Origin: Thermodesulfobacteriota bacterium
GTDB lineage: Bacteria > Desulfobacterota_D > UBA1144 > Nemesobacterales > Nemesobacteraceae
Length of the DNA stretch: 64,000 nt
Assembly: GCA_965202785.1 (NCBI GenBank)
Contig: OZ241855.1
Coordinates: 512,001-576,000, forward strand
Direction of reading: 5' to 3'
Program-made: the position numbers and the translations under genes
The notes under the pieces: model-generated
What the model was told of the DNA's origin: nothing
Databases searched by the model: none
Seen by the model: only the letters and a program-made list of their open reading frames with translations
Shown: in pieces, positions 58,379 through 64,000 of the stretch
Layout: every line of letters begins with the position of its first letter
How positions within the stretch are numbered: position 1 is the stretch's first letter

Positions 58379-59734
58379 CTAACCACGGTTGTCGGGATAA
58401 TTCTTCAGCACAAAATCTAGAGCTTCCTCTTTCGAGGCAAGCCTGTTTTCAAGCTGAAGTTCTTCTACCCTTCCCAGTATTTTCGAAAAAACCGGGCCGG
58501 GAGAATATCCAAGATCTATAAGATCCTGTCCGCTGAGAAGCGGCGGGGGTTTTATTTCCTCCCTTCCATATTCTTCCATCTTTTCTCTGATGAAATCGTA
58601 GGCATCGGTTTGTCCGTGACTTGCCATGCAGTCAGCAAGATGCATCTGCATGTGCTCCTCAAAATACGGAAGGGAAAGAAACCTTTTCAGGGTGCTTTCT
58701 CTCATGTTGAAAACATCCTTGAACTTAAGATGCTCAAGGATAAGTTCGGAAATTCTCTTTATCTGCTTTTTGGAGAATCTGAGCCTCCTGCAGATATCCT
58801 CAGACATCTTGGCCCCTACCCTGTCGTGTCCGTTGAACCTTATTCTGTCAGACTCGCTGTAAGTAGGCGGCTTCCCCACATCATGGAGAAGCGCGGCGAC
58901 GGCAAGCTCCTCCGAGTAGCGGCCGTCGGTGTTACCATAGAGCATGTCCATCACAAGGCAGGTATGCTCAAATACGTCTCCTTCGGGGTGGAACTGAGGG
59001 GGCTGGCGGACTCCGTGCATACATTCGACTTCCGGAAGGAAATGTTCAAGAAGACCGCTGGAGCTAAGAAGCTTGAGTCCGTTTCCCGGATTCCGGCGGG
59101 TAAGTATCTTGACGAGTTCTTCGCGTATTCTCTCCCCGCTTACAACGGATATTGCGGCGGCCTCGTTGCGTATAGCCGAAAGGGCCGCTCCGTCGAGCTC
59201 AAAACCGAGACATGACGCAAACCGTACCGCTCTCATCATTCTCAGCCTGTCCTCGCCGAACCTTTCCTCGGGATCTCCTATGGCCCTAACAAGCCTCCGT
59301 TCAAGATCCCCGAGACCTTCCACGTAATCGTAAAGCTCCCGAGAAACCGGATCGTAAAGCATTCCGTTTATCGTAAAATCCCTTCTGCGAACGTCTTCTT
59401 CCGCGCTTTTCGTGTAATCGACATGTTCGGGATGCCTTCCGTCGCCGTAACTCGATTCCCTCCTGAAGGTGGCGACCTCAAACTTCATGTCTCCCCTTAT
59501 CACCAGCACCACGCCGAAGCTCTCCCCCACGGCCACGGTCTTTGCAAACATCCGCTGAATCTGCTCTGGAGTCGCGCTTGTCGCTATATCGATCTCGTCG
59601 CACTCAACACCGAGCAGGGCGTCACGCACGCAGCCGCCCACGAAAAAAGCTTCGTGTCCCTTCTCCCCGAGAGCCTTTACGATCTCAAGCGCCCCCGCGA
59701 AATTTTTCTTCTCGAAATCAAGTTCCCTTTTCAT
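58379..59734 (-). CDS. cca: tRNA nucleotidyltransferase (CCA-adding/poly(A) polymerase family) with HD domain
   Basis: VGGCVRD..LG...DIDIAT-type motif, EVATFR, RRDFTING, EDRLRMMRAVRF, HPEGDVFEHT, LLHDVGKP. Confidence 0.88.
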   Translation of the reverse strand: MKRELDFEKKNFAGALEIVKALGEKGHEAFFVGGCVRDALLGVECDEIDIATSATPEQIQRMFAKTVAVGESFGVVLVIRGDMKFEVATFRRESSYGDGRHPEHVDYTKSAEEDVRRRDFTINGMLYDPVSRELYDYVEGLGDLERRLVRAIGDPEERFGEDRLRMMRAVRFASCLGFELDGAALSAIRNEAAAISVVSGERIREELVKILTRRNPGNGLKLLSSSGLLEHFLPEVECMHGVRQPPQFHPEGDVFEHTCLVMDMLYGNTDGRYSEELAVAALLHDVGKPPTYSESDRIRFNGHDRVGAKMSEDICRRLRFSKKQIKRISELILEHLKFKDVFNMRESTLKRFLSLPYFEEHMQMHLADCMASHGQTDAYDFIREKMEEYGREEIKPPPLLSGQDLIDLGYSPGPVFSKILGRVEELQLENRLASKEEALDFVLKNYPDNRG

Positions 59735-59821
59735 AAATTCGCCACCACGGCGTGCAAACCAGTTAAATTATAGTTTTTAATCTTACCCGAATCACAATCC
59801 GCAAAGGCGGTCCGGACAAGA

Positions 59822-60817
59822 ATGAACGAAAGGAACTTCCGCAATTTCCTCGTGCGAGGGACAAAGGAAAACGGCTCAAGGCTGCTGTTTCAGAAAAAAG
59901 ACGGATGGAGCTGGAAACAAATCACCTGGCCCGATCTTATCACTGAGGTTGAAAGCATAGCCTGCTTTCTTCTGAATTCGGGGTTCTCAACGGGGAGCAG
60001 AATTATTGTTCTCTCGCCCAATACACTTGCGTGTCTTTTTTTCGAACTGGCGGTATTCACGCTGGGAGGAATCTGCCTTCCCGCAAAGAATATGAAGGAA
60101 GCAAGGGAGATCCTCGCGAGTTTATCCGGAAACTGCTTTTTTCTCTGCGCAAGCGCGGATGAGGCGCGTGAACTCACCGAGGCCCCCGTGCTCGGAGAAA
60201 AAATAGAAAAGGTTTTTCTAAGCGTAAACGAAAAGATTCCCGTGGAGGAAAAAACGGTCAGTTACTCAAACGTCGTAAAATTCGGCTTTCTCGGCAGGAA
60301 AAAGCTCAAGGACGAAATAACCGCGATCGGAAACTCGGTAAAAGAGGACTCCCCGGCCGTAATATTTGACGCGGGGGCCGCCACAACCGAGAGCAGAAGC
60401 TTTTCCCATGGAGAGATACTCGATCTCCTGCGCCTCTCAGAACAGGAACTGGGAGAAATCTCTGTCGAGGATCAGACATTTTCCTACCTTCCCGGCTGCA
60501 GTTCTTTTTCCAAGTTCGCCAACCTGCTTAACCTGCAGACCTCAGCCAGGGGAGCCATTGCGGAAGGCGCGGAAGACTTTTTGGTCGATGTCCCAGAGAT
60601 AATGCCGGTGATGCTTTTTCTTCCGGGTGCCGAGATCGAAAATGTCGTTAACAGCCTTCAGGGCGAAAACGGTTCGGCAAGGAACCTCAGAAGCGATCTC
60701 GGGGGAAGAATAAGGCTTCTGCTTACAGACATCCTGCCGCCAGAGAGTACAAGGGACCTGCTGCTTGCGCAGAACATATCAATCGTCAAGCTTGGCAGCC
60801 TTTCGGTCGTTCCCTGA
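59822..60817 (+). CDS. Truncated, degenerate AMP-binding (long-chain acyl-CoA synthetase-like) protein
   Basis: N-terminus resembles FadD/Aas (WKQITW, G.RI..LSPN, SYLP, LGGRIR). The P-loop is degenerate and the C-terminal half is missing. Confidence 0.55.
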   Translation: MNERNFRNFLVRGTKENGSRLLFQKKDGWSWKQITWPDLITEVESIACFLLNSGFSTGSRIIVLSPNTLACLFFELAVFTLGGICLPAKNMKEAREILASLSGNCFFLCASADEARELTEAPVLGEKIEKVFLSVNEKIPVEEKTVSYSNVVKFGFLGRKKLKDEITAIGNSVKEDSPAVIFDAGAATTESRSFSHGEILDLLRLSEQELGEISVEDQTFSYLPGCSSFSKFANLLNLQTSARGAIAEGAEDFLVDVPEIMPVMLFLPGAEIENVVNSLQGENGSARNLRSDLGGRIRLLLTDILPPESTRDLLLAQNISIVKLGSLSVVP

Positions 60818-60820
60818 AAA

Positions 60821-61972
60821 TCAGACCTGCGGTTCGTTCTCCGTTTCCTCAACGCTGCAAAACGCCCTCCCCTTGTTCAGCCTTAAAACCAGTTTTTCCT
60901 CGAGTTCAAGAGTCCGGGAATCCTGCACTATCTCTCCGCTTTTTTCTTTTGAGACTATGGCGTACCCCCTCTCAAGAACGCTGAAAGGGTTCAGGGAGGT
61001 AAGTTTTCCGGAGTAATTCTCGACGCGCCGTTCAAGATTCTCGATCCGCGAGGTCATATGATGCCTGAAACTGGTCGCGAGTCCGTCAAGCTGCATGGAG
61101 AACATGTCTATACGGCTTGTGAGGGAAAAATCGAGGCGGCGGCGAAACTGCGCGAGATCTTCGAGAATTTCCCTTTTTTCCTTTACCGCAAGCTCGGCAG
61201 CCATTGAAGGGGTGGCCGCTCTTACATCGGATACCAGATCGGCTATAGTCACGTCCACTTCATGACCCACGGCCGAAATCACGGGAAAAGGAGAAGCGGC
61301 GATCTTTCTGGCGACCCCCTCGTCGTTAAAGGCCCTGAGATCCTCTTTCGATCCCCCTCCCCTAGTTACAACTACAAGATCAAGGTCCTCCATGCCGTAA
61401 AGCCTATCAAGGGCTGCGGTTATCTCGGCCGGGGCGTTATCCCCCTGAACGCTTGCGGGAGAAATAACAACCTCGACATTGGGAGACCTCCGATATATGA
61501 CTTTGATGACGTCCCTCACCGCGGCTCCCGAAGGGGAAGTAACCACCCCTATTCTGCGGGAGAGAAAAGGAAGGGAGCGTTTTTTCGAGACGTCAAAAAG
61601 CCCTTCTTCGGAAAGCTTCTGCTTGAGCTTTTCAAGCGCGAGCGCGTCGGCGCCCACCCCCTTCGGCTCCATCGCGCTTACGTACAGCTGGTACTTGCCG
61701 TCTTTCTCGTAAACTCCAACGCGCGCGGAGCAGATGACATCCATTCCGTTCTCCGGCGTGAACTTTATCTGCTGGTTATTACCTCTGAAGCAGACTGCGG
61801 AGACCTGGCTCTGCTTGTCCTTCAGGGAGAAATACCAGTGGCCGCTTGCGTAATGCCCCTTGAAACCGGAAATCTCTCCCGCGACCCATATTGTCTCTCC
61901 GCCGAATTCAAGCTCAATCGCATCCTTTATCGAAGAATTGAGTTCCGATACGCTGTAGATTTTCCTGTCCAT
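60821..61972 (-). CDS. xseA: Exodeoxyribonuclease VII large subunit
   Basis: YSVSELN, WVAGEIS, SGHWYFSLKD, VTSPSGAAVRD, RGGGSKEDL, SAVGHEVD, AATPSMAAE, VLERGYA. Confidence 0.96.
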   Translation of the reverse strand: MDRKIYSVSELNSSIKDAIELEFGGETIWVAGEISGFKGHYASGHWYFSLKDKQSQVSAVCFRGNNQQIKFTPENGMDVICSARVGVYEKDGKYQLYVSAMEPKGVGADALALEKLKQKLSEEGLFDVSKKRSLPFLSRRIGVVTSPSGAAVRDVIKVIYRRSPNVEVVISPASVQGDNAPAEITAALDRLYGMEDLDLVVVTRGGGSKEDLRAFNDEGVARKIAASPFPVISAVGHEVDVTIADLVSDVRAATPSMAAELAVKEKREILEDLAQFRRRLDFSLTSRIDMFSMQLDGLATSFRHHMTSRIENLERRVENYSGKLTSLNPFSVLERGYAIVSKEKSGEIVQDSRTLELEEKLVLRLNKGRAFCSVEETENEPQV

Positions 61973-62077
61973 TCTTAAACGTAAATTAATCGGTCGGGCA
62001 GCCGTTGGCAAGACACGAAACGGGAAACCGTTAAAAGATGAGGGAAAAGACAGAAAGTACTTTCCCGGACGAAGAAC

Positions 62078-62575
62078 TTACTCAAACAGATGCGGAGATT
62101 TAGTTTTCACTTTTTCCAGTATTTCGTCTGAAACCTTGAGACTTTCAAGATCCTTGAGATGAAACAGCTGGGAAGCCCGCAATTTCTTTGCGCCTCTAAG
62201 ATTGACATCCCTGAGAATCGCACCGTCGAAATTCGCAAGCTTGAGGTTAGCTCCAGCGAAATCGGCACCCGTAAGATCGGCACCGAGCATGTGGGCCCCT
62301 TCAAGGTTGGTGTCCCTGAATACCGCGCCGCGAAGATCGCAACCCTCAAGGTTCACTCCGCGCATGTTCGCCCCGGAAAAATCTGCACCTACTAGGCTGC
62401 ACCCCTTGCAGAAGGCAAGCTTGAGAGCAGAGTTCGCAAACACGGCGCCGTCAAGGTTAAGCCCGTTAAGATTCGCCCAGCCAAGATCCGGGATAACATC
62501 GGGTTCCTCCTCCCGCCACCGGTTCCACGCGGCCGCACCCTCTTGTACCTTCGAGACGTGCTCAGAATCAGCCAC
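62078..62575 (-). CDS. Pentapeptide-repeat protein
   Basis: WNRWR...PDL leader and tandem A(D/N)(L/F)xx repeats. Confidence 0.9.
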   Translation of the reverse strand: MADSEHVSKVQEGAAAWNRWREEEPDVIPDLGWANLNGLNLDGAVFANSALKLAFCKGCSLVGADFSGANMRGVNLEGCDLRGAVFRDTNLEGAHMLGADLTGADFAGANLKLANFDGAILRDVNLRGAKKLRASQLFHLKDLESLKVSDEILEKVKTKSPHLFE

Positions 62576-62789
62576 AGCACCCCACCGTCAGTGATAATCC
62601 GAAAACCTTAAACGCGGACAGAAGTATGTAAATCGCAATCGCTAGAAGTATCAGGCTTCGAAGAAGTCCCCTGACCCCACCTTTTCCCCTGCGTCGCATA
62701 CTCTCTCCGCAGGCAAGACATACATCCGTTTTCGCCGTGGTCTCGTAACCGCACTCTTCACATCTTCTGACAGGCTGAAGCGACATCAA
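62568..62789 (-). CDS. Small zinc-ribbon membrane protein
   Basis: CEECG...CLACG followed by one transmembrane helix. Confidence 0.6.
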   Translation of the reverse strand: MMSLQPVRRCEECGYETTAKTDVCLACGESMRRRGKGGVRGLLRSLILLAIAIYILLSAFKVFGLSLTVGCCG

Positions 62790-62807
62790 ACCATCCTTTT
62801 TTCTTCC

Positions 62808-63998
62808 TCAACTAACCCTCTTCAGAGCGGAACGAACAAAGACCGGATGCACTTTGGCAATTTCCTGAGCAAGCTGCCCAATGACGTTCTTTATGTCCCA
62901 TTGCGCCCCTTCCGACATCCGCAGGTTCGTCAGGTGGTACAGCTCCCAGAGATCGAACCTGCCGCAGACTCTCCTGTTGTGGGCGTTTGTGACAACGTAG
63001 CTCGCGACGTCGCGAAAACCGGCATGAACGAGTTCCCCATAGAGCCGCTCGCTTTGCCCGACGGCTTCGAGCAGAAGCTCTTCTGTTCCCGATTCCGTAA
63101 CATGTGGTGGAATCGTCACACCCTCCTCCACGGAAGGTTCCTTTATGGTCCAGCTGACTTTCCTGTGCCTAAGCAGCTGATGCCACGCCGCCTCGCTCAG
63201 GACGAACTCCGCGCTGTAGTTAACCGATCTGAATATGCCCACCGGGTTGTCGTGCTTTCCGAGTTCCCGAACAGCCGTTAAGAAAATCTTCTCAAGCTCC
63301 GGGGTGTTCTCGGATAGGTGCCTTTCTATGTCTCCGACCGAAAGTCCCGAGAATTCGAAAAGAAGCCCCCTTGCGATCTCCCTTAAGGCCTCGGCCTGGG
63401 GATTTTCCTTTCCCCGCCCCGTGTAGTCAAAAAGGGCAACCGAAGATCCGTTGCCGGGTCCACTTTCCCCAGCGTTCCCGAGACCGAGCGAGAACTCCTC
63501 AAGCGCCTCTCGCGTTCTGACCATGTAGGGGTTCTCGTCAGCGTACTTAACAAGCGTCGGAACCGAGAACCTGACCTCGCTTTTTATCTCCTCGGCCCTG
63601 TTTCTGGCTTCCGGGTAGCGGCTTGAGAGAAGAGCGGAGATGGTCTGCTCCATGGCTCTTGCGTTCGCCGTCATGCCGAGATTCGTAAGCGTGGAGAGGT
63701 TAAGGGCGTACCTTGCGTCCTCAAACGCTATTTTCTCAAGCGCCCTGAAATGAACTCTTTCCTCCCTGTCCTCGGGAACGGGAAACTTCTTTTTCAGAAA
63801 ATCAAAGAGCTCGGCGTTGAGTCTCGAGTAAACCTCGTACTGAAAATCGCAGAGCTCCCCGAACTCTTTTTTAAGGGCGGGGTGCTGGTCAAGCTCCTGG
63901 GGAATATAGTTGTCGCCTTTGCGCGGTCTCTGGTATCTCTGCGAGTATTCCGTAAACGAGAGAAACTCGTTTGCGCATTCAAGCAGGGACGAGAAAAG
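62808..63998 (-). CDS. thyX: Flavin-dependent thymidylate synthase ThyX, long tandem-domain type; 5' end outside window
   Basis: The frame stays open to the window edge. FTEYSQRY and EDARYAL...TNLGMTANAR mark domain 1; HQLLRHR, ASYVVTNAH and LRMSEGAQWDI mark domain 2. Confidence 0.85.
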   Translation of the reverse strand, partial: LFSSLLECANEFLSFTEYSQRYQRPRKGDNYIPQELDQHPALKKEFGELCDFQYEVYSRLNAELFDFLKKKFPVPEDREERVHFRALEKIAFEDARYALNLSTLTNLGMTANARAMEQTISALLSSRYPEARNRAEEIKSEVRFSVPTLVKYADENPYMVRTREALEEFSLGLGNAGESGPGNGSSVALFDYTGRGKENPQAEALREIARGLLFEFSGLSVGDIERHLSENTPELEKIFLTAVRELGKHDNPVGIFRSVNYSAEFVLSEAAWHQLLRHRKVSWTIKEPSVEEGVTIPPHVTESGTEELLLEAVGQSERLYGELVHAGFRDVASYVVTNAHNRRVCGRFDLWELYHLTNLRMSEGAQWDIKNVIGQLAQEIAKVHPVFVRSALKRVS

Positions 63999-64000
63999 CC

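Noticed and set aside
62200-62490. Periodic 15-nt repeats
   Set aside because: Explained by pentapeptide-repeat coding; not a CRISPR array or other DNA repeat.

Overview
A bacterial chromosomal segment, moderately GC-rich by eye, made mostly of housekeeping genes. These include gcvT-H-P, tRNA-Val-thrS-infC-rpmI-rplT, purC, phoH, serA-hisZ-purA, tatC, a CoA ligase, CYTH/CHAD-ppk1-ppx, dnaE, selO, pcrA/uvrD, tRNA-Gln, ispE, pal-cpoB-hemL, F0 ATP synthase genes, cca, xseA and thyX. Gene order and protein style look Deltaproteobacteria-like. A secreted two-SRCR-domain protein suggests a marine-invertebrate (sponge-type) symbiont, possibly Ca. Dadabacteria; this is inference only. The main accessory element is a visibly AT-rich island of about 11.8 kb (about 24.4-36.2 kb). 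It encodes an SspABCD-type single-strand DNA phosphorothioation module and an SspE-like DUF262/HNH effector. Between sspD and sspE sits an extra, roughly 806-aa GHKL-type ATPase that is not a described Ssp component to my knowledge. Twin CTGGA-N7-TCCAG palindromes bracket the sspA/sspB divergent promoter. Smaller insertions carry a metzincin-like lipoprotein behind a candidate structured RNA, a sterol-desaturase remnant plus a multipass membrane protein, and the SRCR protein. Three core genes (purC, infC, atpZ-like) appear to need non-canonical ATT, ATA and ATC starts. No CRISPR array, rRNA, integrase or transposase was seen. All calls come from motif recognition by eye; no database searches were run.
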